The notes below the pieces were generated by a model. That model did not search any database. It was not told the origin of the DNA and worked only from the letters and a program-made list of their open reading frames with translations. Made by a program: the position numbers and the translations under genes. From Coleofasciculus sp. B1-GNL1-01 (GTDB lineage Bacteria; Cyanobacteriota; Cyanobacteriia; Cyanobacteriales; Coleofasciculaceae), in the NCBI GenBank assembly GCA_040220235.1, contig JAVJTO010000017.1: a stretch of DNA of 64,000 nucleotides; one strand, 5' to 3'. Positions within the stretch are counted from its first letter, which is position 1. Each line of letters opens with the position of its first letter. Shown here in pieces: positions 51,024 through 62,582 of the stretch.

Positions 51024-53246
51024 TTAAGGACATTCCGGATGCCGTCCCCCATGATTACAGATATATTGCAACTGATTGGTATCTAAATTTTTAGCCCGGG
51101 CAAAATTCACGCCCTCTACTCGTGCCCCCGACGCGGCGGCTGGAGGTTGGGTGATAAACTGATCTGACTGAACAGGCACGGCTGTGGCAAACATAGCGCC
51201 CAAGAAATCCGTTCCGGTTACATTTGCCCCGCGTAAATCTACCGCACTCAAATTCGTATTCTGTAGCTTGGCATTTTGTAATTGAGCCTGACTCAAATTC
51301 GCCTTAACCAATTTTGTCGAACTCAAATCCGCATCCTGTAACTTCGCCTGAGTAAAATTGGCTCCCGATAAATCAGCCCCTTGCCAATTGGATTGGGTCA
51401 AATCCGCAAAGCTGAAATCTCCGCCAACGGCACTCACTTGACTGAGACTTCCCCCATGTAAATTCACCAGAGATGCCTTTACTTCGCCTAAATTCGCCCC
51501 GGTCAAGCTAGCATTTTCTAATACGGCTCGGCTTAAATCAGCCCCAATCAGTTGAGCGCTGCTGAAGTTCGCGCCAATGAGATAGCTATCCGCTAAATTT
51601 GCCCGATTGAGAATTGCCCGGATCAAATTTGTGCGAGCCATCAAAACATTGTTTAAATTTGCCCCAGTTAAATCCGCTTCCTTGAGTTCAGCCCCGCTTA
51701 AATCTGCAATCCAATCATCAAATGTACCCCAGCGTTGATCCGCACCCGCCCCATAAAAACGGCTGTTTTGGAAACTGCCCCCCGTTAAGATGGCGGAACG
51801 GAAATTAAGTCCGGCTAGATCGAGGTTATCCAAAACTAAGGTAAATTGAACTGAACGGGTGTCCATTTGACTCAAGTCAGTGCGACTCAAATCCGCCTCG
51901 TGCAGTTCACTGCTGTAGATGGTGAGAATTTTCGCGATCGCCCGATTGGTTGCCCGTTGCCGTAATGCCACCAACTGCTGCTCTCCTGGCGTTCCCCGAC
52001 GGGCTAATGTGTCTCGGTCATTTTGCAGCGCCTGATTTAACCGTTGCAGGGGAGGTAGGGCTTCGGCACCTTTACTCACCAACGCTTGCTGCAGGGTATC
52101 AATCAGACTTGGCGTGTTTTCCTGTCCCAATAAATCCACCAGAAACGGCACAGCACGGGGATCATCCAGCCTTGCCAGCGCCAGAATTGCCGCCTGTCGT
52201 TCTTCTAGGGCGGTGGCGGAGGTAGAACTTAACTGCTTGACCAGCGCTAGAAAGACTTCGTTATTCTGTTGATTAACTTCTCGCCAATTTGCCTGACGTT
52301 GAATATACACCTGAGTCCCGACAAAAGTCCCCAAAACCGATGCCATTCCCGCAAACGAGAGAATTAGCAAGGTTGCGCCAGGATGACGGCGCATCCACCC
52401 CCACAGATGAGGGACTTGTCGAGATGAGGATTGGGAAGTGAGGACGATGGTGGTGACGGAGGGATGATGAGACTGATCATGGGTTGATGTTTCGCTCTGT
52501 TGACGCCAGCCGTTGTCAAATTCTAGGGTAACGGAGTGATCCCGATCGGTCTGCCAGCCGTTGAATGAGCCGGATGCCAATCCCTGAGACGCATTCACCA
52601 CATAAGTACCTGCCATGCGATCGTGGAAGGTGCGGCGTCGTGAGTGAATCCAGCCACTGCCATGTTCGATGAGTAGCATGACTCCCGCCAGTCCTAATAA
52701 GATGCCAAAGTCGGGAAATGCGCCCGTATACCGCCACAGCAAATAGGCTGTACCCAGAGGTAATCCCCAGCGCCCGACTGCCTCACGCCAAACTGCCCGG
52801 ATTAATCCCGGTGGTGTTCCCATTGGTGTCACCACCCGCAGCTTTAACCATTGTTTGGGCGTGGTTTGCCCTGTTTTCCCCAATTGATAAAGCTGCCAAC
52901 TGACCACCACAACAGGCATAACAATTGCCCCACACCAGAACAAATTAGTCAGGGGGGCAACCTGGCGATTTAATCGCGCTCGTGGATATGCCAGGGTTTT
53001 TGCGATCGCCTCTTCCGTTGCTGCGACGACAGGGTTGATAGGAACGGGTTCAGCGGGGGAATGGTCTTTGGCATACTCGCCGATACTGTAAGGAATGACC
53101 GCACTTGCCGTCACTAACGACACTTCCAGAACCACGGCTGCCAACCGCCGGGTCATTATCGGTAATGCCCGGTTTAGTCGCAGTGAAAATGATCGACTAA
53201 CCGTTTGATTATGGACTTGTTTTATGGTAGGGCTAGTCATGTTCAA
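51024..53246 (-). CDS. RDD + pentapeptide-repeat membrane protein (HglK-like architecture)
   Basis: RRLAA, GQT, HDRMAGT (RDD); A(D/N)LS.A repeats in the C-terminus. Confidence 0.8.
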   Translation of the reverse strand: MNMTSPTIKQVHNQTVSRSFSLRLNRALPIMTRRLAAVVLEVSLVTASAVIPYSIGEYAKDHSPAEPVPINPVVAATEEAIAKTLAYPRARLNRQVAPLTNLFWCGAIVMPVVVVSWQLYQLGKTGQTTPKQWLKLRVVTPMGTPPGLIRAVWREAVGRWGLPLGTAYLLWRYTGAFPDFGILLGLAGVMLLIEHGSGWIHSRRRTFHDRMAGTYVVNASQGLASGSFNGWQTDRDHSVTLEFDNGWRQQSETSTHDQSHHPSVTTIVLTSQSSSRQVPHLWGWMRRHPGATLLILSFAGMASVLGTFVGTQVYIQRQANWREVNQQNNEVFLALVKQLSSTSATALEERQAAILALARLDDPRAVPFLVDLLGQENTPSLIDTLQQALVSKGAEALPPLQRLNQALQNDRDTLARRGTPGEQQLVALRQRATNRAIAKILTIYSSELHEADLSRTDLSQMDTRSVQFTLVLDNLDLAGLNFRSAILTGGSFQNSRFYGAGADQRWGTFDDWIADLSGAELKEADLTGANLNNVLMARTNLIRAILNRANLADSYLIGANFSSAQLIGADLSRAVLENASLTGANLGEVKASLVNLHGGSLSQVSAVGGDFSFADLTQSNWQGADLSGANFTQAKLQDADLSSTKLVKANLSQAQLQNAKLQNTNLSAVDLRGANVTGTDFLGAMFATAVPVQSDQFITQPPAAASGARVEGVNFARAKNLDTNQLQYICNHGGRHPECP

Positions 53247-53277
53247 TTCTCACGCGACGCGGATAAAGGGTGGGCAA

Positions 53278-53565
53278 CTATTGGGGAGACTTAGGAGTAA
53301 TGAAAAATTTATACACTACATAGAGGATTATTCCCAATAGGGCAAGGCTAATTAACGAGGTAATCAGTTGGAAAACAGTCTTCAAGAGGGATAGACCCAA
53401 GCTGCCGCCAACAATCACCACAATAACTTTACCAACGGTAGGCAGGCTGTTAAACCAAGCACTGATTTGATTGAACCGTTGCTTCATCGGATAGGTGTTA
53501 TAGAAGGGCGGTTGAAAGGGATTGCCCACGGGCGTGGATTGGTCGTCGTCTCGATTCGGTTCCAT
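53278..53565 (-). CDS. Small membrane protein
   Basis: Two hydrophobic segments. Confidence 0.6.
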   Translation of the reverse strand: MEPNRDDDQSTPVGNPFQPPFYNTYPMKQRFNQISAWFNSLPTVGKVIVVIVGGSLGLSLLKTVFQLITSLISLALLGIILYVVYKFFITPKSPQ

Positions 53566-53902
53566 CTGCCAAGAGAATTAAGTTGTAGAAATCAGGTTAT
53601 ATGTTTTGATTTTATCGGTTTGAGCAAGGTTTCGGGCAATTCTTATAGGTTAAGTGCTGAGGGAGTGACAAGGGACTTGAGGGTACTACTGGGTGTCGGA
53701 TGTCGGGTTTCGGGTGTGGGAAGCTGGGGGAGCAGGGGAAGCTGGGGGAGATTAGGGAGTTCACTCAAAACTCGACCTTACTCTGTTCCCTGTTCCCTGT
53801 TCCCTATTCCCTGACAAATGACAAATGACAAATGACGAATGACGAGTGACAAATAACAAACAGGAACAGAGTCAGTTTCGGCGGGTCTATTAATGTACGA
53901 CG

Positions 53903-54370
53903 ATGAGTTTTAGAAAGACTCAAACAATAGTGGAGCCTCAGAGAATGAAACGACTGAAACAGTGGATGATTGTGCCAACCACCTTAGCGATGCTGCTAGC
54001 GAACACAGGTTTGCTCCATAGTCAGACCGTGCAAAGGTTAGCGCCAGGATTTAATGCCCTAGAACTCCAAGGCACTTCCGCTCAAGGGAACAATTGCCAA
54101 GTGGGTAATATCCAACCGCAGTATACGATCACCTTGGAACAAGACTTCGGTTCGTTGAACTTCAGCCTCCAAAGCGCTGGTCAATCGGCTTTGATCATTG
54201 AACCCTTGAATTCAGCAGGCGAACCCGTGGCAAGTGGTAGACAATGTGTGTTAGCCACTGCGCCAGGGCAAACCGTTGAAGCACCGGGATATTGGGAAGA
54301 AGGCACTTACAAGATCTATATTGTCGATAGCGCTGGAGGGCAACGTTATACCCTCTCCATTAGTCAGTAG
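53903..54370 (+). CDS. Hypothetical secreted protein
   Basis: Signal-like N-terminus; Cys pair; GYWEEGTYKIY. Confidence 0.6.
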   Translation: MSFRKTQTIVEPQRMKRLKQWMIVPTTLAMLLANTGLLHSQTVQRLAPGFNALELQGTSAQGNNCQVGNIQPQYTITLEQDFGSLNFSLQSAGQSALIIEPLNSAGEPVASGRQCVLATAPGQTVEAPGYWEEGTYKIYIVDSAGGQRYTLSISQ

Positions 54371-54549
54371 GTGGGACAAATGAAAGTTAACGGCTCTGAT
54401 CGTTATACTCGCTTCCCGAAAAGAAGCAAGCTACGTCTTATGTGAGGGTTTGAGGGACTTTACAGAAACTAATATCGTTGAGTGTATTTCCACTAACCTA
54501 CTGAGTCGCCATGGCTTGAACCCGCTAAGCCTTATATCTGACAATGGAC

Positions 54550-54930
54550 TTAATCTTCAAGCTGCTTTACTGAAACCTCTACGGCGTCTACATCAATCGT
54601 ACCCGGTGGCGTCAAGCGGTTAAACTGACCCTGTTCGACTTTCAACAATTCGCCACAGTTAGGACAGCGGCATTCGGTACGATTAAACCCAGTAAACTCG
54701 TAGGTACAGACGGGACATTTATCCTCAACCAGGTTACGCTGTAACCACCAGCGAAAGCCAATCCAGCCAATAACTGGTGCGAGGATGACTAACCCAATCA
54801 GAATTAAGAATCCGTTGACCAGCCAGCCCAAGCCAACTGTTCCCAATAAGAGAAAGGTGGCTAATAGGGTGAGCCAACAGCCCACGCCTGATAGGTTAAA
54901 CTGAGCAAGTTTAGGATCGTACTGGTTCAC
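54550..54930 (-). CDS. Membrane protein with zinc-ribbon motif
   Basis: Two TM segments; CPVC...CPNC. Confidence 0.75.
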   Translation of the reverse strand: MNQYDPKLAQFNLSGVGCWLTLLATFLLLGTVGLGWLVNGFLILIGLVILAPVIGWIGFRWWLQRNLVEDKCPVCTYEFTGFNRTECRCPNCGELLKVEQGQFNRLTPPGTIDVDAVEVSVKQLED

Positions 54931-55017
54931 GGTAGTTGTTGGAAACTGACTATCTCCATCCTAGTTCACATCCGGTCTCACCTGAGAGGGGAAAAGCTAC
55001 ACCCTACCAACAACGGT

Positions 55018-55677
55018 TTAACTGCTGATCATTTCCGCTGATGCAGATTGTCCTAAACGGGGTTCAGTTCCAGCGAATAGGCGCTGAATATTGGCTCGAT
55101 GGCGTAATATAACGTATAGCCCCGCCACAACCCCAAATAGCTGATAGGGCAATGGTTGAGCTAAGACTATCATCAAAACAGCCACCGCGATCGCCGCTGC
55201 AATCGAACCCAGAGAAACAATCCGCGAGAAACTGACGACCCCAATAAAGATTATCAATACACTCAATGCGACGAACCAAGACATAGCGAATAAGACACCT
55301 AACCCTGTAGCGGCTGATTTTCCTCCCGTAAAGTTAATCCAAATTGATTTACTGTGACCCAACATAGCCGCCAACGCGACAACAGCCACCAACCAAGGTT
55401 TCCAGGTATCCGGCATCACGGATGATCCCGTTAGGGCAAAGAAGCCATGCACTAAAGCAACAGCACCTACTCCTTTCGCCGCATCAATCAGTAAAACGAC
55501 TAAAGCTGGACCTTTTCCCAGGTTTCTCAAAACATTGGTCGCCCCCGTTGATCCCGAACCGATTTCCCGAATATCAATTCCTTTAACTAGACGTCCTGCC
55601 AAATATCCAGTTGGAATTGAGCCAAGTAAGTAAGCACTGATCAGCAGTAGCCCAATCCAACTCAACTCACGCATCAT
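55018..55677 (-). CDS. plsY: Glycerol-3-phosphate acyltransferase PlsY
   Basis: YLLGSIP, GSGSTGATNVLR, GH, FTGGKS.ATG, RHRANI.RL..GTE. Confidence 0.95.
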   Translation of the reverse strand: MMRELSWIGLLLISAYLLGSIPTGYLAGRLVKGIDIREIGSGSTGATNVLRNLGKGPALVVLLIDAAKGVGAVALVHGFFALTGSSVMPDTWKPWLVAVVALAAMLGHSKSIWINFTGGKSAATGLGVLFAMSWFVALSVLIIFIGVVSFSRIVSLGSIAAAIAVAVLMIVLAQPLPYQLFGVVAGLYVILRHRANIQRLFAGTEPRLGQSASAEMISS

Positions 55678-55907
55678 TGTTTTAAACTCTCCACAATTAA
55701 CAAGCTAGGGGAGATAATTAGACCTTTATTGGTACATCTCCCCAAGCCGATTTTATATGGGAGCGTGTGACACAGGTAAGGGTATGGCAGGAAAATCGTA
55801 ACATTTGTTACCTATATCTCCCCAGCTTCCCCTGTTCCCTGTTCTCTGTTCCCTGTTTCCTATTCCCCCATCCCAACCCTCAACTTTAATGTTGTCCGAC
55901 TACGTTA

Positions 55908-57110
55908 TTAGTAATTACTCATTTGCTGAGGATCGGGAGCAAAGGCTAACCAGAGAGGAAATTGCAGGATTGAAAGACTAATCTGGTCTTCTGTTTCATC
56001 AACAATGATTAAAGGAAGTTGCTTCTGAGTCATTAAGCGATCGGCTTTTTGCACCAGGGCGGATGCTTCCTCAAATAAAACGACCCCCCGTTCTGGACCA
56101 AAATCACTGCGGGCAATACCCAGACAATCCTGCAATCCTCTGCGCCACTCTCCCAGACGTTCAGGGGTATTAGCAAGAACCAAGGTTCGTAGTCTATCAC
56201 CGTAAAGCGTCCGCATAACAGACATCACGGCGGAGGCGACCAAAATATTTTGCAAGCGGCTACCGATAGTGCGAATCGCCCCACGCCCCCCTTGAGTAAA
56301 AAACCAATTAGACACTCGCTCGGCATGAATTGGCTCAAACGTGCGACGTAATTGCCAAGGAGGACCATAATAGTCTGGCATTTTGCGGTATTGGTCAATG
56401 ATGTCGCGAATTTGTCGGATCTGATCTTGAAACGCTTGTTCAGCAAATTTGGGTGTAGGCGAAGAGGCTGGCGGTTGGGGTTCATTCATCCTCGGTTGGG
56501 GCGATTCTGCCATCGGTTCGGCTAATTCCAACTGCTCCGCCGCCACAACCAAGTCTTGTAAACTGCCCACCAAATAGTCTTTAAAACCCTGCACCCGAAT
56601 TGCCAATTCTTGAGACACCCCAGCAAATGTGGTTCGCATTTCCGTGCGAATGCGTTCTCGGCGGCGTTCGAGTTGCTCCACAGAAATTAAAAGGGCTTGC
56701 TTGCGCTGCTCTAATTCGCTTAACCCCTCTTGGAGCATTTGTTGGATAGTGCCTTGGGTTTTGGTGAGCTGGTCAGATAAAATCTGATTTTGGCTGGCTT
56801 GTAGCTGGGCAATTTTTTGCCTCAACTGTTGTTCTTGGCGTTCAAGGTCAGCGATCGTTTGAGTTAAATTCGCTACGGTTTCCTGTTGATCTCTTGATGG
56901 CGTCATCTGATTATCATCTGGCGCAGGTAAGTCTACAGCATTTGAAGCGTCAGCTTGGGGTTGTATCACGTCAGATTGGTCAGATAAATCGGTTAACGGC
57001 TCAGAGCGTTCTGTTTCGGGTTTTGGCTCTAGAGAGTTTTCCTCAAATCCCTCCAGGATTGGTTGTTGTTCTAAATTGGATTCTTGGGTTTGTGGTTCGT
57101 CTGAATTCAT
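55908..57110 (-). CDS. DUF3086-like coiled-coil protein
   Basis: ELAIRVQGFKDYL, PDYYGPPWQLRR; synteny with plsY; ATG 57110 preferred. Confidence 0.75.
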   Translation of the reverse strand: MNSDEPQTQESNLEQQPILEGFEENSLEPKPETERSEPLTDLSDQSDVIQPQADASNAVDLPAPDDNQMTPSRDQQETVANLTQTIADLERQEQQLRQKIAQLQASQNQILSDQLTKTQGTIQQMLQEGLSELEQRKQALLISVEQLERRRERIRTEMRTTFAGVSQELAIRVQGFKDYLVGSLQDLVVAAEQLELAEPMAESPQPRMNEPQPPASSPTPKFAEQAFQDQIRQIRDIIDQYRKMPDYYGPPWQLRRTFEPIHAERVSNWFFTQGGRGAIRTIGSRLQNILVASAVMSVMRTLYGDRLRTLVLANTPERLGEWRRGLQDCLGIARSDFGPERGVVLFEEASALVQKADRLMTQKQLPLIIVDETEDQISLSILQFPLWLAFAPDPQQMSNY

Positions 57111-57261
57111 TGAATAATTAATATCTGATAATGATTTACATTCCCAACCTCTAAACGGGGGGACTATTCTCAAGGGCGAGTTACCGGGCAAGAGAGCCTT
57201 TAGTACAAGGTGTTCTCAAGCCTAAACGTTAAATTTCAGCAAGGCATATCGGAAAGTAGTT

Positions 57262-57651
57262 TCAACTCTGGGGACAGCGCTCCTCTAAGCAAAGTTTAAG
57301 CTGTTTGGGATCAAATAAAATTGGCAAAAAGTGGATGCTATTAACTTCCTTAAAATAGAAAAGGATTGGAAACGATGACCAGAAAATTCGCCAATTTGAC
57401 CAGTCTTTATAAGGAAAACGGCGAATTAAAGTCTGGGAGCGATAGACATCCAATGCGGTTTCGGTAAATTGTAGACGGATAGTTACCGCTTGAATCATTA
57501 AAAATAACCCGAAAAGAGCGAGGAGTAAACCGACCCAAATTTGGAGTAGCACAATCGGTATACTCGCCAGAACCAATACCAAAGGAATGACGTAGCTAGG
57601 GGCAAGTTCGATGGTTTGGGTTGATGAAGATGAAGAAGTAGCAGAGGTCAC
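57262..57651 (-). CDS. DUF3119-like membrane protein
   Basis: IRRFPY..W.NWRIFW...PILFYFKEV.SIHFLP. Confidence 0.75.
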   Translation of the reverse strand: MTSATSSSSSTQTIELAPSYVIPLVLVLASIPIVLLQIWVGLLLALFGLFLMIQAVTIRLQFTETALDVYRSQTLIRRFPYKDWSNWRIFWSSFPILFYFKEVNSIHFLPILFDPKQLKLCLEERCPQS

Positions 57652-57707
57652 TAGACTAAATTCCTGTTGTTTATCGACACAAATGATCTATTTTAATATA
57701 CCTCTGA

Positions 57708-58493
57708 CTACAGAACTGCACTGCCTGTGCCTTGGAACATCAGCCACGACATAAAAAAGTTAGTGATAAAAATGGCAAGTAAAGCCGTGACGACTGCCGT
57801 TGTCGTGGATTGACCGACTCCTTTGGCACCACCTGTTGTGGTTAATCCCCAGCTACAGCCAATGACGGCTATCAGCATCCCAAACACAGCGGCTTTAATC
57901 ATCGCCGTAAACAAATCCCAGATTCCCAGGAAATTCCGGGCGGAATCCAGAAAGACAGATTGAGGAATATTGTACAGATTAACAGCAATCAATACACCGC
58001 CCGTCATGCCGAGAATAATTGAGAGAATTGTCAATAACGGCAGCATTAGACAGCAGGCAATGACACGAGGGATGACCAAATAATCAATGGGATCGGTTTT
58101 AAGCATATAAAGTGCATCAATTTGTTCGGTCACGCGCATTGTGCCAATCTCAGCCGCAAATGCTGAACCCACTCGTCCGGCAATCACCACAGCCGTTAAT
58201 ACAGGCGCAAGTTCCCGGCTCAATGCCAGTGCCAAAACCCCTCCAATGGCTGTAGTTGCCCCAAAGTTAATAAATTCTCGCGTTACCTGAATGGTAAACA
58301 CGGCACCGATAAAAGTAGCCGTGATCATGGCAATGGTCAGTGAATCCGGACCAACAACTGCCATTTGCTCCAGGGTATTGCGTCGGTAGATTTTGCCTCC
58401 CAGAAGATGAACGATGACTTGACCGCCTAATAAAACGGCAGCTAGCAAGCGCTGGAGCCACAATCCTAAGCTAGAGGAGGAGGTTTCATTCAT
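57708..58493 (-). CDS. mlaE: MlaE/TGD1 family lipid ABC transporter permease
   Basis: RELAPVLTA, GRVGSAFAAEIGTMRVTEQIDAL, GGAKGVG. Confidence 0.9.
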   Translation of the reverse strand: MNETSSSSLGLWLQRLLAAVLLGGQVIVHLLGGKIYRRNTLEQMAVVGPDSLTIAMITATFIGAVFTIQVTREFINFGATTAIGGVLALALSRELAPVLTAVVIAGRVGSAFAAEIGTMRVTEQIDALYMLKTDPIDYLVIPRVIACCLMLPLLTILSIILGMTGGVLIAVNLYNIPQSVFLDSARNFLGIWDLFTAMIKAAVFGMLIAVIGCSWGLTTTGGAKGVGQSTTTAVVTALLAIFITNFFMSWLMFQGTGSAVL

Positions 58494-58668
58494 TCGTCAT
58501 TTTTGTCATTTGTCATTTGTCATTTGTCATTCGTCATTTGTCATTCGTCATTTGTCATTCGTCCTTGTTCACTGTTCACTGTTCACTGTCCACTGTTCAC
58601 TGTTCACTGTTCACTGTTCACTGTCCACTGTTCACTGTCCACTGTTCACTGTTCACTGTTCACTGTCC
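58494..58668. repeat. Back-to-back heptamer STRR arrays (TCATTTG)n then (TGTTCAC)n
   Basis: Seen directly; similar STRRs at ~19200-19250, 21190-21230, 48085-48130, 53783-53860. Confidence 0.95.
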
Positions 58669-58673
58669 AAGGA

Positions 58674-61600
58674 CTATCTGCTCTCATTTGATTCCACACG
58701 GAAACGTTCTACAGAATTGAGTAGATCTCGTGCTACACCAACTAAGTTTTGTAAGGCACTGGATACCCGTTGTGCTTCCTGAGAGGTTTCTTGGGCAGTT
58801 AGTTCAACCGATTGCATGACTTGGGCAACAGCACGGGATGTTTCGGTTTGCTCCACTGTATCCGCTTTAATTGCCCGCACCAGCGCATCAATCCGATTGG
58901 ACACTTGAATAATATCTTCCAATGCTTGTTTGGCTTGCTCTGCCCGTTTGGTTCCATCAATAACCTGCTGGGTACCTTCTTCCATCGCCGTCATCACCGA
59001 CCCAGTTTCACTTTGAATCTGCATGACGATTTGCTCAATTTCTTTGAGTGCCTTGGCTGAACGGTCTGCCAGTTGCCGTACTTCATCGGCAACGACGGCA
59101 AACCCTCGACCCGCCTCTCCCGCTCGAGCTGCCTCGATACTGGCATTGAGCGCTAACAGGTTGGTTCGGGATGCAATTGTGGAAATTACGGCAACAATTT
59201 TGGAAATTTCCTGGGAAGACTCAGCCAATCGCTTGACTTTTCGCGTAGTTTCTGCTACGGTTTCCCGAATTTGCAAGATGCCTGCCACCGTATGTTCTAC
59301 CGCGTGACCACCTCTGTGGGCGACATCCGCAGCGGTGTGGGCAACTTCCTCGGCTTCCCGTGCGGCTTCAGCGACTCGCTGAATGGAGTCGGTCATCACC
59401 TGAACGGAGTTGAGGGTAACGGCTAGTTCCTCAGCTTGGCGCAAGGCGTCATTGGATAAACTTCCGGCAAATGCCGCGCTTTCAGTCGAACCCTTGGTCA
59501 CTTTACGGGCGGCATCTTTTACTTGTTGAACGATTTCCCGTAGATTTTGAATGGTTAGGTTAAAGGAGTCAGCCACTGCCCCCAAAACGTCGGCTGTTAC
59601 TTCAGCTTGTACCGTTAAGTCCCCGCGTGCAGCTCCTTCAACATCATCTAGCAATCGAATTACCTGGCGTTGCAGGTCTTCTTTGGCTTGTTCTTGTTCT
59701 TCGGCTTTGCGGGTGGCTTCGCTGGTGGTGGTGAGGATCACTCGCGCCATCTGGTTGAACCCTGAAGCCAGTTGACCCAGTTCTCCCTCGGAGTAGATCG
59801 GGACACTGACATTAAGATTTCCCTGAGCAACGGCATCAAACTGGGTTTGTAAATCCACTGTGACTTGTTGAATCTGGCGAGTGGTGATCCGACCCAGAAA
59901 CAGTGTAATGCCAAAACTAGCCGCAAATGCTGCACCACTGGCTAAAGCATGGGCAAATTTGAGATTCGCGATCGCGGGTTGAGCTTGCCCTTCTGGTACT
60001 GAACTTCGCGCAGCAATACTTTGTGCCGAAAAACTGACTAAGGCAACGACAAAAGCGGAGGCAATCCCAGCCGCAAACGCCATAATCCACTGTTTATGAT
60101 GGAGAGAAGCATTTTCAAAGGGAGCCAGCCACCCTTGATCAACATTAACGATAGGTTCATGTCCCCCCTCTTTGGCTTGACTAAAAACTGGGAGTTGTTC
60201 AGTTGAGCTACCAATACTGAAAATTTCTTCATCACTATCAACTGAGCGATACTCTTGAGCCGATTGCTGGTGAGCCGCTACACTATCTCGATCTCGGACG
60301 GCATCGCCGTTTTCGCTAACTCCCTCACTTTCGCCACCTGCTGGTATGACTCCACTGTTACTTAAAACATCAAAATCTGATTCACTCGCGCCCGACTCAG
60401 CTAATTCATCCTGATCGTCTATGGCAAAATCGGGAAGAGAGCCTAAATCATCTTCAAATACATCGAAAGCGTCTAAAAAGTCTTTGTCCGTTTCAAGTTC
60501 TGAGAAGTTCTCAGCATCAGCCTCAGCAACTTCATCCATAGTGAATGAGTCATTGCCAAAAGCATCGTCAAAGCTCTCAAAGTCAAAGTGATCATCGGGA
60601 GCGTTAAATCCATTTTTATCGAAGTCTGATTCATCCTGAGTGTAGTCCTGGCTTTCAAATGCTTCAATCGCCTCATCCGTCTCCTCAGCCGAATAGTCAA
60701 ACTCATCGGTATCTGTTGGTAAACTTTCCCCCAACTCCCCTGAATCCATTAGTAGGGTTTCGTCTTCGTAAACGGGATGGTCTGGATATGACTCATCAAT
60801 CGATTCATCATGCCAATCCTCCATTTCCTGATCAACGTCCGATAAGTCTTCATCGAAATGGGATTCTGACTCATAAGAGGGTAAACTCTGCTCCTGAGCA
60901 TCTTCAAATTCAGGGGCGCTACCGGGAGGCATGACAAATGTTGCCGCCGTATCATCCTCAGACTCCGCTGAAAAGTCCTCAAAATTTTCCTGGTAATCTG
61001 CCTCACTAAAGGAGGTGTCATTTAAATCAAAATCACTCGCTGTTTCCTCAAAATTTTCCTGATAATCTGTCTCACTAAAGGGAGTATCATTTAAATCGAA
61101 ATCACTGGCTGTTTCCTCAAAATTCTCCTGGTAATCTGCTTCACTAAAGGGAGTGTCATTTAGATCGAAATTATTCCCTGTTTCCTCAACGTTTTCCTGG
61201 TAATCTGCCTCGCTAAAGGGGGTGTCATTTAGATCAAAATCACTCGATGACTCATAATCTTCATAGTCTACCTCAGCAAAGGGGTTGTCATTTAGATCAA
61301 AATCACTCGATGACTCATAAAGATTGTCAACATCACCATTCTCTTCGTCCAAACCGGACAAGGCAAATGGATTGGATTCATCTACAGAACTTGGCTCGTC
61401 CGTCGTCTCTGATTCAAGAGCTGAACTATCCAGGGGTTCGGCAAAGGGCGAAGATGAGGTTGATTCAAAATCATCTCCTATTCCCGCTTCATCGAAATCT
61501 AAAGCCCCTAAATCGAAATCCTCAGACTCATCAATAGACTCATCAATCGCTTCCGAGTCTTGCCAGGTTTCTAATGTAGGTATCTCATTTAAATCGTCGG

Positions 61601-61949
61601 TTTCATCAATATCGTGGAAATTGTTATCGAAGTCCTCTGTGGATGGGGGTGAATCGGCAGAATCGAATTCACTGGACAATTGATTAGCATCTTCTAGACC
61701 TTTATGGGCATATTCGATAAAATCAGGTTCAGACGTTAAATTAAGAACTTGCTCATAGTGTTCCCGTGCTTGATCGTACTGCTGTAGACCATAGCAACAG
61801 ATATGACCCTTAAGTAACAAAGCACTTGGATCATCGGGATACTCTTCAATCAACCGACTAATAAGATCGGCGGCTTCTTGGTATTTACCTTGTGCGTAAG
61901 CCGTTTGTGCTTGTGTATATTCCTGAACGTAATCTGTACTTGATGCCAT
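58674..61949 (-). CDS. pilJ: Methyl-accepting chemotaxis protein (PilJ-type): TPR, long acidic linker, 2 TM, HAMP, MA domain
   Basis: [45 protein letters not shown] before ATG 61949. Confidence 0.9.
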   Translation of the reverse strand: MASSTDYVQEYTQAQTAYAQGKYQEAADLISRLIEEYPDDPSALLLKGHICCYGLQQYDQAREHYEQVLNLTSEPDFIEYAHKGLEDANQLSSEFDSADSPPSTEDFDNNFHDIDETDDLNEIPTLETWQDSEAIDESIDESEDFDLGALDFDEAGIGDDFESTSSSPFAEPLDSSALESETTDEPSSVDESNPFALSGLDEENGDVDNLYESSSDFDLNDNPFAEVDYEDYESSSDFDLNDTPFSEADYQENVEETGNNFDLNDTPFSEADYQENFEETASDFDLNDTPFSETDYQENFEETASDFDLNDTSFSEADYQENFEDFSAESEDDTAATFVMPPGSAPEFEDAQEQSLPSYESESHFDEDLSDVDQEMEDWHDESIDESYPDHPVYEDETLLMDSGELGESLPTDTDEFDYSAEETDEAIEAFESQDYTQDESDFDKNGFNAPDDHFDFESFDDAFGNDSFTMDEVAEADAENFSELETDKDFLDAFDVFEDDLGSLPDFAIDDQDELAESGASESDFDVLSNSGVIPAGGESEGVSENGDAVRDRDSVAAHQQSAQEYRSVDSDEEIFSIGSSTEQLPVFSQAKEGGHEPIVNVDQGWLAPFENASLHHKQWIMAFAAGIASAFVVALVSFSAQSIAARSSVPEGQAQPAIANLKFAHALASGAAFAASFGITLFLGRITTRQIQQVTVDLQTQFDAVAQGNLNVSVPIYSEGELGQLASGFNQMARVILTTTSEATRKAEEQEQAKEDLQRQVIRLLDDVEGAARGDLTVQAEVTADVLGAVADSFNLTIQNLREIVQQVKDAARKVTKGSTESAAFAGSLSNDALRQAEELAVTLNSVQVMTDSIQRVAEAAREAEEVAHTAADVAHRGGHAVEHTVAGILQIRETVAETTRKVKRLAESSQEISKIVAVISTIASRTNLLALNASIEAARAGEAGRGFAVVADEVRQLADRSAKALKEIEQIVMQIQSETGSVMTAMEEGTQQVIDGTKRAEQAKQALEDIIQVSNRIDALVRAIKADTVEQTETSRAVAQVMQSVELTAQETSQEAQRVSSALQNLVGVARDLLNSVERFRVESNESR

Positions 61950-62026
61950 TGACCTCCTCCCTTTGCTCACCAGGAAAAAGTAACAAACAAAAGGTTGCTC
62001 TCTTTTTCCTTTCTTTTACTATTCAT

Positions 62027-62557
62027 TCATGCTGCCCACCGTGCTGCTCGTAGAATTGCCACCTGATCGAGAAGTCGTAAAAATTGATTAGATTCTGGAT
62101 CTAATAACCATTCTCCTTTTAAAAAAGGTGCCATCGTATCAGGAACATTCATTGCCATTTGTAATTGCTCCACATCTAACCAATCCATGTCCACAATTCG
62201 CTCCACTGCTAAACCGAGCATTGTATCTTGATCTTCGATGGCAATGACGGGAATTTCTGATCGGTCTGTATTGACAGGGATCGCATCTCCCAGAAATTGA
62301 CCCAGATCACCAACCCATATAACCCGACCTCGCATATTGATTGTCCCCAATAATAAGGGGGAAGCATTAGGGATGGGGGTGATCTGGTTGGGAGATGGCT
62401 CAAGCACTTCTTTGATCCCAGTCGCTGGTAAAGCAAATTCAATACCAGAAGGGACGTAAAATCGCAAGTGTAATTCACCCTCAGGACTTTCTAGTTCTTG
62501 CAATTCTGGGGCTTGATCTTGACCAGTATCTGTTAAAAAATCCGGATTTCCAACCAT
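62027..62557 (-). CDS. CheW-like coupling protein (PilI-type)
   Basis: ITPIPN..PLLLG.IN.RGRVIWV.DL. Confidence 0.9.
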   Translation of the reverse strand: MVGNPDFLTDTGQDQAPELQELESPEGELHLRFYVPSGIEFALPATGIKEVLEPSPNQITPIPNASPLLLGTINMRGRVIWVGDLGQFLGDAIPVNTDRSEIPVIAIEDQDTMLGLAVERIVDMDWLDVEQLQMAMNVPDTMAPFLKGEWLLDPESNQFLRLLDQVAILRAARWAA

Positions 62558-62582
62558 TCGCAGCTAGAGTCTTAACTATAAT

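Noticed and set aside
58503..58782. Short ORFs with SFVICH/LFTVHC repeats
   Set aside because: Translations of heptamer STRR DNA.
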